Assembly: GCA_951406725.2 (NCBI GenBank)
Contig: OX597815.1
Location: forward strand, 8,618,001 to 8,682,000
DNA length: 64,000 nucleotides
Direction: 5' to 3'
Origin: Octopus vulgaris
Lineage: Eukaryota
The position numbers were made by a program, and so were the translations under genes. Under the pieces are notes generated by a model. The model did not search any database and was not told where the DNA came from. It saw only the letters and a program-made list of their open reading frames with translations. Of this stretch, positions 1 through 12,860 are shown one piece after another (the stretch's first letter is position 1; every line of letters begins with the position of its first letter).

Positions 1-37
1 TTCTCAGTAATTTCTCAAAGTTGTTGAATAATTTTAA

Positions 38-257
38 CCCTTTAGTGTTCGCATTATTCTACCAAGATTAATACTTTTTAATCCACATTGTTTTGAACTA
101 ATCATACATTATCTTGTAACTATGAGAATTTGATGAGGCAGATGTTAATTTTTAAAACGATATTGTAGGATTGGTGTGAGAGACCAGATCTGGCCAGTTT
201 GAACATAGAACAGGCAGAATACTTTTAGCGGATATGGCCGGTTTAAATGCTAAAGGG
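38..257. mobile_element. piggyBac-type MITE
   Basis: TTAA-CCCTTTAG ... CTAAAGGG-TTAA. Degenerate relatives sit inside the duplicated units at about 42130, 47605, 49990 and 53180. Confidence 0.7.
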
Positions 258-261
258 TTAA

Positions 262-501
262 TGGCACGTGTAAAAAGATTCGAGCGAGGTCATTGCCAGT
301 ACCGCCTGACTGTCCCCCGTGGCGGTGGCATGTAAAAAGCATCCACTACACTCTCGGAGTGGTTGGCGTTAGGAAGGGCATCCAGCTGTAGAAACACTGC
401 CAGATCAAGATTGGAGCCTGGTGTGACCATCTGGTTCGCCAGCCCTCAGTCAAAATCATCCAACCCATGCTAGCATGGAAAGCAGACGTTAAACGATGAT
501 T
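262..501 (+). mobile_element. RTE LINE 3' UTR-derived repeat (family D)
   Basis: Conserved block ggttggcgttaggaagggcatccagctgtagaaac ... catgctagcatgg followed by a (GAT)n tail. Confidence 0.7.
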
Positions 502-954
502 ACTTCTTAGAACTTTCAGTGTTATATGCCACACCCATCAGCATCTACTGGTTCGGTGAGTTCACCAGTGGTCAACCTATCAGTGCAGGTCCAGCAGGAT
601 GTACTTATGAACCGTGAAAAAATTACCACCATTTGCCACCAGGTGGAGTTCACTATTTTCACATGCTACTGTAATGCTGTAATAGCTCTATGACACTATG
701 TCTTTTGACATACTTCTAATTCAAGTACCATAAACCAATAAATAAAGTTCTTTAAGTATGTTATGCCAAACCACTTAAATTCCTTCTGCAGCCTGTTTCT
801 GCAGCGGATGCTGCTCCACCTACTCTCTCTGCAGAATACAGGTACAACATCAATTTTCTGGAATCTTTAGTTTCAAAACTTTTCTGGATTGCTGAATTTT
901 TTGAACTGGAGTTGGTCACCTTGGTCAACACACTCTAAATTAAACAAATTTATA

Positions 955-1355
955 GGCGCAGGAGTGGCTGTGTGGTAAGTAGCTTGCTTACCAGCCACAT
1001 GGTTCCGGGTTCAGTCCCACTGCGTGGCACCTTGGGCAAGTGTCTTCTGCTATAGCCTTGGGCCGACCAATGCCTTGTCAGTGGATTTGGTAGATGGAAA
1101 CTGAAAGAAGCTTGTCGTATATATGTATATATGTGTATATGTTTGTGTGTCTGTGTTTGTCCCCCTAGCATTGCTTGACAACCAATGCTGGTGTGTTTAT
1201 GTCCCTGTCACTTAGCGGTTTGGCAAAAGAGACCGATAGAATAAGTACTGGGCTTACAAAGAATAAGTCCTGGGGTCGATTTGGTCGACTAAAGGTGGTG
1301 CTCCAGCATGGCCACAGTCAAATGACTGAAACAAGTAAAAGAGTAAAAGAGTAAA
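955..1355 (+). mobile_element. tRNA-derived SINE, family A
   Basis: A-box-like TGGCTGTGTGG, B-box-like GGTTCAGTCCC, internal (TA/TG)n and (GTAAAAGA)n tail. At least 7 near-identical copies in the window. Confidence 0.8.
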
Positions 1356-1481
1356 AACTATTAAATTTCCTTAAAGAATTAAATGAAATACAGACCCCTG
1401 GACATTAGTGTAAATTAATGTGGATTATAAGAGGATTTGAAACATCAGTATCTTGCAAGTCAATGTTGTATCTGTACCATC

Positions 1482-1838
1482 TGTGGTGTGTGCGAGATAG
1501 TTGAAGGGTCTGATGATGTCGCTGGCGATCCTGATTTTCGTGGAACGCCGAAATAGCTTGTGGTGTGTGCGAGATAGTTGATATATAAAGGCACCTACCT
1601 TCTCTTCGCTCTGATAGAGACCCTTCAGTGGTAACGGATCCTTCGTCACAACCCCGACCTGAATGCTAAAGATAGCAGCTGCTTCACCCAACCTTAGCAA
1701 CGTCTTCACACGTCTTAACACCTCGACGACCCACGTTGGAAAGGCCGAAATCCCCGCTGCCTGCGCACGCCTCACTGCTGCCCCTTCCGGTTGCCCCAGG
1801 TTCCGGTCAACGCACCCAGCTGCTGACGTCATCCCACA
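1482..1838. mobile_element. Solo LTR (357 bp)
   Basis: Inverted termini TGTGG...CCACA with a 5-bp TSD CCATC (1477-1481 and 1839-1843). GC-rich relative to the flanks, with an internal TATATAAA. Confidence 0.75.
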
Positions 1839-2279
1839 CCATCTTCCAAATAGTACCATTTATTCTCATCACATATCTAAACTATTGAAATCACTTCTTT
1901 CTGCCCTTCTGTCTCTCATACTATTCTTCTCATTCTCTAAACAAAATAAATGGTAGCTGGGTGAAGAATTATCTTTTTTCCCATGCAAGTCATTGTTCTT
2001 GAGCTCTGGTTGGCTCTGATCAAGTGAATCTATACTTGAAAACATTCCAGTCATGATCATCTTATCCTATTTTCAGGTATGGTGCATCGAAGACCATTTT
2101 ATCTTCACATTTTTTTCTAAAAATGGTTGGATGTAATTTGAGAGAAATTTGACAGCTATTTTTAACAGAACAAATGGCCATATTGAGACTTTCTGGTTTG
2201 TTTGTTGAGTGGTGTGTAGGAGGAATATATTGTGACCTCTTCGTTGTTTACCTTTTACACATTTATATTTCTTATTTAG

Positions 2280-3195
2280 GTTTTGACCCTCGAAAGCAAA
2301 AACCCATTTTGAAAGACAAGAACATAGCTGAAGACAGACTTCCAGTGCCAAAGCCTGATCAAAAACCTCCTTCTGCGGAAACTGTAACGGATGTTGACTC
2401 TGCTAAATTGAAAGAGCAAAAGACGGCAGAGGAAGAAAAGAAAGATAAGGAAGAAAAGAAAGATAAGGAAGACAAGGAAATGACAAAAGGGGACCAGAAA
2501 CCAGTAAAAAAAGAAGTAAAATTAGCAATGGAAACAGGAAAACAAAAAGAAAAAATAGAGGAAAAAGAAAGAGCATCAACAGAAACAACAGAGAAAGGAG
2601 AAAAAGAAAGAGAAAGAGGAAAAGAAAGAGAAAAAGAAAGAGAAAGAATAAAAGCCAAAAGATTACCAATGGATAAGGAAATATTAGAACAAGAGGAATC
2701 AAGAAAATCAATACTGGCAGAGATTGAACGTTTGCGTCGGAAAATGGAATCTGAAGGATTGACAGAAGAAGAGGCGGCAAGACTTGCAGAGTTTGAAGCA
2801 AAGAATTTGGAAGTTGAAAAGGCTTTAAAATTGAAGAAGAAAGAACGAAAGATGTTGGTAGCACAAGCAGCTGCTTTAGCATATGAAGAAGCTGAGAGTT
2901 TGACAATGGAAGAAGGTGAGAAGTTAAAGAGGAAAAAAGGTAAAAGGAGGCATGTAAAGGATGAAGGACAACTTTTGGGTGCGAAGGATGACGGACAACA
3001 TTTAGGTGCGAAGGATGATGGACAAGTTTTAGGTGCGGAGGATGAACAACAACTTTTGGCTGAGAGAGAAATATCTGAAAGATTGTCAACAGATGAAGAA
3101 GATGAAGAAGAAGAAATAGAAGAGGAGACTGAAAGCGAAACCGACAGTGAGGAAATGAGATTTCTGGAAGAGCTTCTGGATTCAGGTGTAGACTG
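2280..3195 (+). CDS. Large internal coding exon of an unknown E/K-rich low-complexity protein (phase 1 in, phase 2 out)
   Basis: Acceptor tttcttatttag|G and donor ACTG|gtaag. Open frame GFDPRKQKP...ELLDSGVD(W) lies inside ORF 2174-3199. Terminal TG joins the G of exon 16412 to give Trp in frame. Confidence 0.85.
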
Positions 3196-3376
3196 GTAAG
3201 ATTTTTGGGATCTAGACAAAACATTAGCGTAAGAAGTTCAAATGCCACCAAGATCAGGTTTGCTTTTCATCCCTCCAGGTTTCACAAAATAGAATACCTG
3301 TCAAGTACTGGAATCAATGTAACTGACTAAATTTCCCCTCCTCGAATTTCAGGCCTTGTATCCATTTTAGAAATAA

Positions 3377-3777
3377 CTAGCAGTATCGCCCGGCGTTGCT
3401 TGGGTTTGTAAGGGAAATAACTATACAAGCATTTTTAGAGATGTAAAGTATAATAGCCATCTTAATATGGCTAACCACAAAGGGGGGTGGTGTTACTGTA
3501 GCTTTTTACGTTCTGAGATTTAATAATAAATTTTTAGAGAGTTACTTCCCTTATATAATAGCGAAAAAAATGCATTAAAATGGGAAAAATTGATGGTAAA
3601 TTTTTTTTTAAATCGTAGACTCATCGTAGACGCACACTAATACCCAGAAGGGCTCCATATGAATCACGACTATAAGATACCTGGTTTTGGTTAAACTGCA
3701 CCGCAAAATGTGGGAGTAGTTAGGAATCTAAATCGTAGGAGACAGACAGCACACAACCCCTCTTTTATATATAAAGA
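3377..3777 (-). mobile_element. Non-autonomous Helitron
   Basis: On the minus strand: 5'-TC ... subterminal hairpin CCCAAGCAACGCCGGG ... CTAG-3', inserted between A and T with no TSD. Confidence 0.7.
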
Positions 3778-3848
3778 TTATTATTGCTGCTGTTACCCCT
3801 ATTATTATCATTATCATTATTATTATCATTATTATTATTATTATTATC

Positions 3849-4068
3849 CAAGGTGGTATGCTGGCAGAATTGTTAGCATGCCAGGCGAAATGCTTAGTGG
3901 TGTTTTGTCCCCCATCACGCTACTGGTTTCAAATTCCACTGAGGTTGACTTTGCGTTTCATCCTTTCGGGGTCAATAAATTAAGTACCAGTGAAACACTG
4001 GGGGGGGGGGATATAATCAAACCATCCCCTCCCTCCAAAATAGCTGCCCTTGTGACAAAATTTGAAAC

Positions 4069-4116
<48 letters not shown>

Positions 4117-5122
4117 CCAAGGTGGTGAGCCAGGCAAAATGCTTAGTGGTATTTTGTCTACTTTCACATTCTGAGTTCAAATACCACCAGGGTTGACTTT
4201 GCCTTTCATCCATTTGGAGTCGATAAATTAAGTACCAGTTACGTACTGGGGTTGATGTAATCGACTTAATCCCTTCCCCCAAATTTGAGGCCTTGTGCTT
4301 CCAGTAGAAAGGATTATTATCATTACCATCATCCTCATCATTATAATAATTATTATTATTATTATTATTATTGAGTGAGAGAGCAGTGCATGCCATCAAA
4401 GTGATAATGGGGTAAAAAATACGAAGCCCAGTATACCCGTCTGATAAGGGTACACAAGGCACATGCATCACAACCATATGTGCGCAACATGGTGATATCA
4501 TATCAAGATAAACAGCGCATGACCTTGCAGGTGGGGCCCAGTTAGAATTTTCTTCTGGTCGAGTAGCCCATCCCGCTCAAAAGGTCCCTGAATAAGGGTT
4601 GTTTAAGGATGTTGAACGAACCACCCCTGTTTCCAAAGGTGAATTATCCAAACCTCTAAGAATCCCTCTCAACACATGGCTATGATGCTCACCCCAACAA
4701 CTTCTGCTCATGATCAGAGATGCACTTATTGTCCAGCCACTAAGGGACATGCTCAACTGGTTAAGGTCAAACAACTGACAAGCAAATCTGTGGTATTGAG
4801 CAGAATATTTGCTGTAGCCCATCTTTTTATACCAAGACAAAACAATGTACATGAAAACACTTCCAATCAGTTAAGATCAAAAGCCATGAGAGCCACTGCC
4901 TGGTACTGCAACAGGGATATTTATTATTATTATTATAATTAAGGTGGTGAGCTGGCAGAATTATTAGCATGCTGGATAAAATACTTACTTCACCTGTTGC
5001 TATATTCTGAGTTCAAATTCCACTGAGATTGATTTTACCTTTCATCCTTTTGGGGTCGATAAAATAAGTACCAGTCGATGATATTGACTCATCCCTTCCC
5101 CACATGTGGCAAAATTTGAAAG

Positions 5123-5156
<34 letters not shown>

Positions 5157-6060
5157 TTGCTGAAAACTCTCAGCTTAATTTGCTGGGTATAATGGATGGA
5201 AAGTGTAATCTGCTCACTGTCAGCAGACGAAGGTGGCTCAGCTGATGGAATTGTTAACAAGCTGAGCAAAATGCTTTGTGGCATTTCAACTGTTTTTACA
5301 TTCAGGGTTCAAGCACCGCTGCCATTGAGGTTGACTTTACTTTTCATTCTTGTGGAGTCGATAAAATAAGTACCAGTTGAGCACTGGGGTCAATGTAATC
5401 TGTTTCTTTATTGCCCACAAGGGGCTAAACATAGAGGGGACAAACAAGGACAGACAAACAGATTAAGTCGAAAGTTGATACATAGATACATTGTTACATC
5501 AAAGACAAATAACTACAGAAAATATTGATATCATTTTCACTTTTCATTACCACACGAGGATAAAATTAAATCACAATGGTTGAGTACTCCACAGACATGC
5601 AAACTATTAATATAGTTCTCAGGGAGATTCAACCTCACACAGAATATGACAAGGCTGGCTCCTTTCAACCCCAGTGCATACATCAACCCCAGTGCATAAC
5701 TGGTACTTAATTTATCGACCCCGAAAGGCTGAAAGGCAAAGTTGACCTCGGCGGAATTTGAACTCGGAACTCAACGACAGATGCAATACCGCTAAGCATT
5801 TCGCCCGGTGTGCTAACGTTTCTGCCAGCTCGCCGTCTGGGGTCAATGTAATCAACTAGCCCCTGCCCCTAAAATTGCTGACCTCGTGCCTATAGCAGAA
5901 AAGATTATTATTATTATTATTAAGGCAGTGAGCTGGCAGAAATGGTTAGTGGCATTTCATCTGTTCTGATTTCAAATTCTGCCAAGGTTGACTCTGTCCT
6001 TCATCCTTTTGGGGTTGAGGAAATAAATCACAGTTAAATACTGAGGCTGATGTAATTGAC
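3849..6060 (+). mobile_element. Cluster of nested family C SINEs in (TAT)n tracts
   Basis: Repeated heads aaggtggtgagctggcagaa...gttcaaattcc and core gcctttcatcctttcggggtcgataaa...gtaccag. The core resembles the Meta/MESC SINE domain (from memory, unverified). One inverted copy at about 5400-5835. Confidence 0.7.
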
Positions 6061-6065
6061 ATCCT

Positions 6066-6480
6066 CCTCCTCATCATCATCGTTTAACGTCCGCTTTCTA
6101 TGCTAGCATGGGTTGGACGATTTTGACTGAGGGCTGGCGAACCAGATGGCTGCACCAGGCTCCAATCTTGATCTGGCAGAGTTTCTACAGCTTGATGCCC
6201 TTCCTAACGCCAACCACTCTGAGAGTGTAGTGGATGCTTTTTACATGGTTCCGGCATGGGGGCCAGTCAGGCGGTATTAGCAATGACCTCGCTTAAATCT
6301 TTTTACACATGTCACTGGCACAAGTGCCAGTAAGGCGACATTGGTAACGACCACGCTTGAACGGTGCCCTTTTACGTGCCATCGGCACGGAAGCCAGCTG
6401 GCTGCTCTGACATTGATCAGGCTCGGATGATGCTCTTGGCACCCAACTAGCATGGGCACAAGTGCCAGTAAAGCGACCCC
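6066..6480 (-). mobile_element. Family D (RTE 3' UTR) copy
   Basis: (CAT)n followed by cgtttaacgtccgctttc...; same block as the other copies. Confidence 0.7.
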
Positions 6481-7033
6481 TCCCCCAAAATTCCTGGCCC
6501 TGTGCCAAAATTTGAAACCATTATTATTATTATTATGAAGTGGGTAGATTTGGAGAAAAGTTAGTGCCAGAAAAAATACCTTGAAGTATTTCTTTTAGCT
6601 TTTTTTGTTCTGAGTTCGAATTCTGTCAAGACCGTCCAACCCATGCTAGCATGGAAAATGGACGCTAAACGATGATGATGATGATGATCAAATTAGCCTT
6701 TCCTTGTTTTGGTGTTAATAAAATAAAGCGCTGGGTACAATGGTATCAATTTAGTCCATCCTTCCAAAATTGCTGGCCTTGTGACTAAATTAGAAACTAT
6801 TAGAATGGATTCTGCATTGGCTGAACCATTAAAGCCTTTGGAAAAATGCTTTCCAGTATTTCTTCCAGCTCCCTACATTCTGTGCTCAAATTCCCCTGGG
6901 GTTCACTCTTTGCCTTTAAAATTTGTCAAGGCAAATGAGAGACAGAAAGATCAGCAATAGAAGACAAAATAGTATCACTGGAAATATCACAAAGGTTAGC
7001 ACAGACAGAAATTGTGCGATGTTGGTTAATTAA

Positions 7034-8162
7034 CTCTGACATGACCTGCTGTGCTTGAGACCTATAGAGTCAAGTATATCAACATCAAAAATCAATGGAA
7101 ATTGTAGATGGGATCCCTGTGCTGGTGGCACGTAAACAGCACCATCCAAATGTGGCCATTTGCCAGCCTCCACTGGCACCTGTGCCGGTGGCACGTAAAA
7201 AGCACCAACCGATTGTGGCCGGTTGCCAGCCTCCACTGGCACATAAAAAGCACCAACCGATTGTGGCCGGTTGCCAGCCTCCACTGGCACATAAAAAGCA
7301 CCAACCGATCGTGGCCGGTTGCCAGCCTCCCCTGGCACATAAAAAGCACCAACCGATCGTGGCCGGTTGCCAGCCTCCCCTGGCACATAAAAAGCACCAA
7401 CCGATCGTGGCCGGTTGCCAGCCTCCCCTGGCACATAAAAAGCACCAACCGATCGTGGCCGGTTGCCAGCCTCCCCTGGCACGTAAAAAGCACCAACCGA
7501 TTGTGGCCGGTTGCCAGCCTCCCCTGGCACGTAAAAAGAACCATCTGACCGTGGCCGTTTGCCAGCCTCCCCTGGCACATAAAAAGCACCAACCGATCGT
7601 GGCCGGTTGCCAGCCTCCCCTGGCACGTAAAAGCACCAACCGATTGTGGCGGTTGCCAGCCTCCCCTGGCACATAAAAAGCACCAACCGATCGTGGCTGG
7701 TTGCCAGCCTCCCCTGGCACATAAAAGCACCAACCGATCGTGGCCGGTTGCCAGCCTCCCCTGGCACGTAAAAAGCACCAACCGATTGTGGCCGGTTGCC
7801 AGCCTCCCCTGGCACATAAAAAGCACCAACCGATTGTGGCCGGTTGCCAGCCTCCCCTGGCACATAAAAAGCACCAACCGATCGTGGCCGGTTGCCAGCC
7901 TCCCCTGGCACATAAAAAGCACCAACCGATCGTGGCCGTTGCCAGCCCCGCCTGGTACCTGTGCTGGTGGCACGTAAAAAGCACCCACTACACTCACGGA
8001 GTGGTTGGTGTTAGGAAGGGCATCCAGCTGTAGAAACGCTGCCAGATCAGACTGGAGCCTGGTGCAACCCCTTGGCTTCCCAGACCGCGGTCGAACCGTC
8101 CAACCCATGCTAGCATGGAAAACGGACGTTAAACGATGATGATGATGATGATGATGATGATG
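7034..8162 (+). repeat. Family D copy with an internal 48-bp minisatellite (about 16 units, ~7160-7940)
   Basis: Unit ctggcacataaaaagcaccaaccgatcgtggccggttgccagcctccc, visible as the 16-aa repeat HKKHQPIVAGCQPPLA; ends in (GAT)n. Confidence 0.85.
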
Positions 8163-8310
8163 CCATGTTCATACTATAGCAGGAATAGGTTAAGCATCAT
8201 TGCTGCCAGATTCCTGGTAAAGCAGTAATGAATGACACACGTACAAAAACAGAAGATGCAGCCGATTCCGTCCATTAGTTTGCCTGCAATCATTACTCTT
8301 GAACTAAATC

Positions 8311-8529
8311 TCTCTTTTACTCTTTTACTTGTTTCAGTCATTTGACTGCGGCCATGCTGGAGCACCGCCTTTAGTCGAGCAAATCGACCCCAGGACTTAT
8401 TCTTTGTAAGCCCAGTACTTATTCTATTGGTCTCTTTTTGCCGAACCGCTAAGTGATGGGGACGTAAACACACTAGCATCGGTTGTCAAGCAATGCTAGG
8501 GGGACATCCACAGACGCACAAACACACAT

Positions 8530-8592
<63 letters not shown>

Positions 8593-8758
8593 CATACGAC
8601 AGGCTTCTTTCAGTTTCCGTCTACCAAATCCACTCACAAGGCATTGGTTGGCCCGGGGCTATAGCAGAAGACACTTGCCCAAGATGCCACGCAGTGGGAC
8701 TGAACCCAGAACCATGTGGTTGGTTAGCAAGCTACTTACCACACAGCCACTCCTGCAC
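8311..8758 (-). mobile_element. SINE family A
   Basis: Reverse complement of the 955-1355 element. Confidence 0.8.
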
Positions 8759-8914
8759 AATTATAATTATAATGTGCAATTATAATTTTTTTTTTGCTCA
8801 AGGCCCAAATGGAGGATAAAGTTAGACACAGTGGCCCAGGTCTGAGAGGGTTAACTCCAGCTATGAAGTCAATTTAATTCAATAAATATTCCCTTCCAAT
8901 TTGTGGCCCTGTGC

Positions 8915-8945
<31 letters not shown>

Positions 8946-9099
8946 TAATTATAATGATAATTGTTTCAATCTTTGGTACAAGGCCGTTACTTTTTGAGGG
9001 TGGAATTTAGCTGATTACATTGACCCCCATATTTGACTGATATTTTATCTTATTGACATTGAAGGGCAAAGTTGATTTAAGCAGGATTTGAACTCAGAA

Positions 9100-9662
9100 T
9101 GCCTATTTCTTTACTACCCACAAGGGACTAAACACAGAGAGGACAAACGAGGACAGACAACGGATTAAGTCGATTACATCAACCTCAGTGCATAACTGAT
9201 ACTAAATTTATCAACCCCAAAAGTATGAAAGGCAAAGTCAACCTCAGCGGAATTTGAACTCAGAACGTAGCGGCAGACGAAATATGGCTACGCATTTCAC
9301 CTGGCGTGCTAACGATTCTGCCAGCTCACCACCTTTTATATTGGACTCAGAATCCCATTAAGCATTTTGTTTGACTTGTTAATGATCCAGCCGACTTTTT
9401 GAAATAATATAATAATAATAATAATAATAGGTGGTGATCTGGCAGAAACTTTAGTGCACCGGGCGAAATGCTTAGTGGTATTTCGTCTGTCGTTACGTTC
9501 TGAGTTCAAATTCCGCCGAGGTTGACTTTGCCTTTCATCCTTTCAGGGTCGATAAACAAAGTACCAGTTTCGCACTGGGGTCGATGTAATTGACTTAATC
9601 CATTTGTCTGTCCTTGTTTGTCCCCTCTATGTTTAGCCCCTTGTGGATAGTAAAGAAATAGG
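9100..9662. mobile_element. Two divergently oriented family C SINEs (about 9100-9335 minus, 9429-9662 plus)
   Basis: Shared head and core, and 3' end gccccttgtgg.tagtaaagaaatagg. Confidence 0.7.
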
Positions 9663-9759
9663 TAATATTAATAATAATAAGAAGAAGAAGGAGAAGAACT
9701 GATTATACCAAGTTTCAAATTGATATGAGCAGTGAATGACCCCTTTGTAGGATGTGTAG

Positions 9760-10292
9760 CAGCAAAATTGAAACAATATCACATGTTGTGAGTGAGTGTA
9801 GCAAACCGGCCTAAAGGAATATAAAAGGAAGAACGATAATGCGGCTAAGTTTGCTCGCTGGAGATTGTGTAAGAAGTACAGTCTTGGAAGAACATGGAAA
9901 TGGTACAAACATGAATCAGAATGTGCCACTGAGAATAATGAATGTAAGACCTTGTAGGATTTTACAATCCAATGTGACTTTCTCATAGATGTCCAAAGAC
10001 CAGACATTATCAGAGTGAATAAAAGGGAGAAGGAAACTAAGATTACAGGTATTGCCGTACCTGAGGATGCATGCATAGGTGACAAAAACCTGGAAAAGGT
10101 GGAGAAATACAAGTTACTAAAAGATGAAATTGCAAGAATGTGGGCAATGAAAAGAGTAACGACCATCATAGTTGTTGTAGGGACACTTGGAGCACTAACA
10201 ACTAATTTTGAGAAATGTGTTGAAGAAATTGGTATTGGCAACAGCATAGAGCTTGCACAAAATCTGCTCTGTTGGGGATAGCAAAGATTTTG
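9760..10292 (+). mobile_element. Decayed R4/Dong-clade non-LTR fragment, restriction-like endonuclease region
   Basis: RPDII...IAVPED...EKVEKYKLLKDEIARMW...IVVVGTLG motif order, with stops and frameshifts. Confidence 0.7.
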
Positions 10293-10294
10293 AG

Positions 10295-10730
10295 ATTGAA
10301 ATCTTCAAAGCCAATTCTACTATATGGCTCAGAAACCTGGACGTTATCAAAGAAGCTTGAGAGGTGGTTGGATGGAACCTACACTCGCCTCCTTATGAGA
10401 GCTCAAAATCTCTCGTGGAAGCGCCATCCAACCAAAATGCAAATATATGGGAAACTACCACCTGTGTCATCTCTTGTGAAAGGTAGGAGAGTCCAGTTTG
10501 CTGGACATTGTTGTAGAGCTGAAAACGAGGCAATTTCTACTCTTCTCCTCTGGAAGCCATCTACTCGCGATACCAGAGGGCGCACACTCTCCTACCCTGA
10601 TGTAATCTTCAGGGATACAGGCATCCAGCAACAGGACCTCCGTAATGCCATGACGGACCGTGAGGTCTGGCGTAGCATGGTAAATTCCATTGTCTCGACC
10701 ACGGTCGAACAATGATGATGATGATGATGA
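10295..10730 (+). mobile_element. RTE-like LINE 3' end
   Basis: ILLYGSETWTL...RRVQFAGHC...DREVWR followed by a (GAT)n tail; near-identical to 39826-40400. Confidence 0.75.
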
Positions 10731-11135
10731 TTGAGCTTGGCACTTGGGTGTTGAGTATCTTTCACAATACCTAACATCTAGGTACCAAGTCTTATAATTC
10801 GTGGAAAGAGACTTTAAGTGATTCTGTGAGAGCTTTGACAACAGGTTGCTGTCTGCTCTCACAGAATTAACTGGAACAAGTGAGACAGAGTTCTGAGAAG
10901 TAAAATATAATAGCAATAATAATATTCCTCTCTACTATAGGCACAAGACCTCAAATTTTGAGGTTGAGGGCCAGTCAATTACATCGACTCCAGTGCTCGA
11001 GTGGTCCTTACTTTATAGAACCCAAAAGGATGAAAGGCAAAGTTCATTTGGTTGGAATTTAAACTCAGAATGTAAATCTCAAAGTGGTTTGTCTGGAGTG
11101 CTAACGATTCTGCCAACTCACTGCTTTAATAATAA

Positions 11136-11505
11136 CTAGCAGTATCGCCCGGCGTTGCTCGGGTTTGTAAGGGAAATAACTATAAAGCAGTTTTAGAGAG
11201 TTATAGCCAAAAAATGGAAAAAAAATGATGGTAAATTTTTTTTAGTTAAAAAGGTCGAGTTGCGTCCCCTAGACAGTCTGTGGTTTGTGTTTCTGATTCT
11301 CGACCCCATGTCGAATTTATCGATTTTTTTCAGAACTGGGGGAACTTTTCAAAGTTTTCGCTGCGTTAGTTTTGAATTATGACATTGGGCTATGTGTGTG
11401 TCAAGTTTCATCAGAATCGGTTGAAAGCCGTGGTCAGGGTGAGGGTACAACCTAACAGACACACAGAAACACACACAGACAAACTGCCATTTATATATAG
11501 AGAGA
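11136..11505 (-). mobile_element. Non-autonomous Helitron with a variant interior
   Basis: Same CTAG plus CCCGAGCAACGCCGGG hairpin end, and a TC start. Confidence 0.65.
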
Positions 11506-12419
11506 TAATTAGTATTAGTATTTACATAGCAATACCGAATCTGTTGGTTCCGTTTGCTGAGCCTTGTCCCATCCTATGTCTGCAAACATCCAGTATGTTT
11601 AACTCTACTAAGGAGACACACTTTCTGTAGTGTTACAAAATTAATGGTTACTCTGATCACAGAAGATCATTTGGTGATAGTTTCAAATGCTGCACCTAAT
11701 AACCCATTCTAAAAGGATTCCTTTTTAACTGTCTGTAGTTGCAAAACCTTTTTTGGTTACCACTTTAGGTCCTGGAATTTATTTAATTATCCATTTTCTT
11801 TTTCTTTTATATCCCAGTATCCAGTGGGCAGGTGATATCTATTTTCTTACATCGTCATCATCGTCATCATCATCATCATCGTCATCATCATCATTATCGT
11901 CATCGTCATCATCATCATTGTCATCGTCGTCATTATCGTCATCGTCATTATCATCATCATCATTATTGTTATTTACTTTTAGTCTGCATGCTTGCTACAA
12001 GCACTTATCAAGACACACCCAGCATCCTAGGGTGAATGAAGGATAAGAGATATTACAGAATGACTGAAAGCTTGGGGCGGGGAAAGTGGTAGGGGCAGTA
12101 GCAAAATATTTTCATCTAATACAACACAGACATTTAAATTGATAGAGTTTTTCAAAGAATGTGAGCAGTACTTGTCAGCACAATCTTTCTCTAAGTACAA
12201 TGATATTCTGTCTTGAATATTCCAATTCTTTATCTGAATTTTCATGTCCATGAAACATTTACCTGTTCATTTTCAACAAGTTTCATGGTTCCACGGTCGT
12301 ACCACCTTCCTGGGTGTTCTACACTGCATATTTTATGCAATTGCTCGTGTATAGTTAAGGCAATTTTGCCATATCTCAAAGTTTTGTACAGTTCCGGTGT
12401 CATTTCCTTCCTTATAACT

Positions 12420-12690
12420 TAGATATGTTTCGACCAAAGATTGGTCCAGGCCATGTCTAACTTAATAGCACCACCCGATAGGATTATTCGAATCCTGTTT
12501 AGTCAAGTCAAGTTTTGTTCAAGTAGTGAGTTCTCTTGTTGGGTGAGTTGTATCCAATTATCGGTGGCTTATCTGGTACTTTTTGAAGGAATCTATCCAG
12601 ACTCTGTTTAAAGTTGATGGGATCCTTTTCCTCTTTGATCTCCCTTGGGACAATGTTAAATAGGGCAGGGCCTGTTGATATTAAGTGGAT
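12420..12690 (-). mobile_element. CR1/L2-like LINE 3' fragment
   Basis: GPALFNIVPREIKE...FKQSLDRFLQKVPDKP is typical of CR1-group ORF2 C-termini. Confidence 0.6.
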
Positions 12691-12860
12691 TCGAGCCTCT
12701 TCTATCACAAATTCATATAATGGTTGATATTTTCTCTGTATCTCTATGTCTTTTGATTACTTGTGTTCTTATAATTTCCATTTTCTTGGCAAGGATATCA
12801 TAGCTGTTAATTCCATTCTTATGTCTTCCCTAAATACTCTTACACTGTTTACCAATGTGT

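Noticed and set aside
1425-1859. 144-aa minus-strand ORF as a gene
   Set aside because: Mostly inside a solo LTR bounded by TG...CA and a TSD.
2174-2279. Met start and hydrophobic N-terminus of ORF 2174-3199 as a signal or TM segment
   Set aside because: It lies upstream of a good acceptor at 2278-2279 and reads as T-rich intron sequence.
2359-3251. Long minus-strand ORFs (286 and 282 aa)
   Set aside because: Antisense shadows of the purine-rich + strand exon.
4375-4920. Higher-complexity block between (TAT)n tracts with short ORFs
   Set aside because: Probably an unclassified repeat or retroelement UTR; no splice or protein motif support.
7030-8108. Multiple 150-340-aa repetitive ORFs, and similar ones at 31-33 kb
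   Set aside because: Open frames through stop-poor minisatellites in a LINE 3' UTR, present in several frames on both strands.
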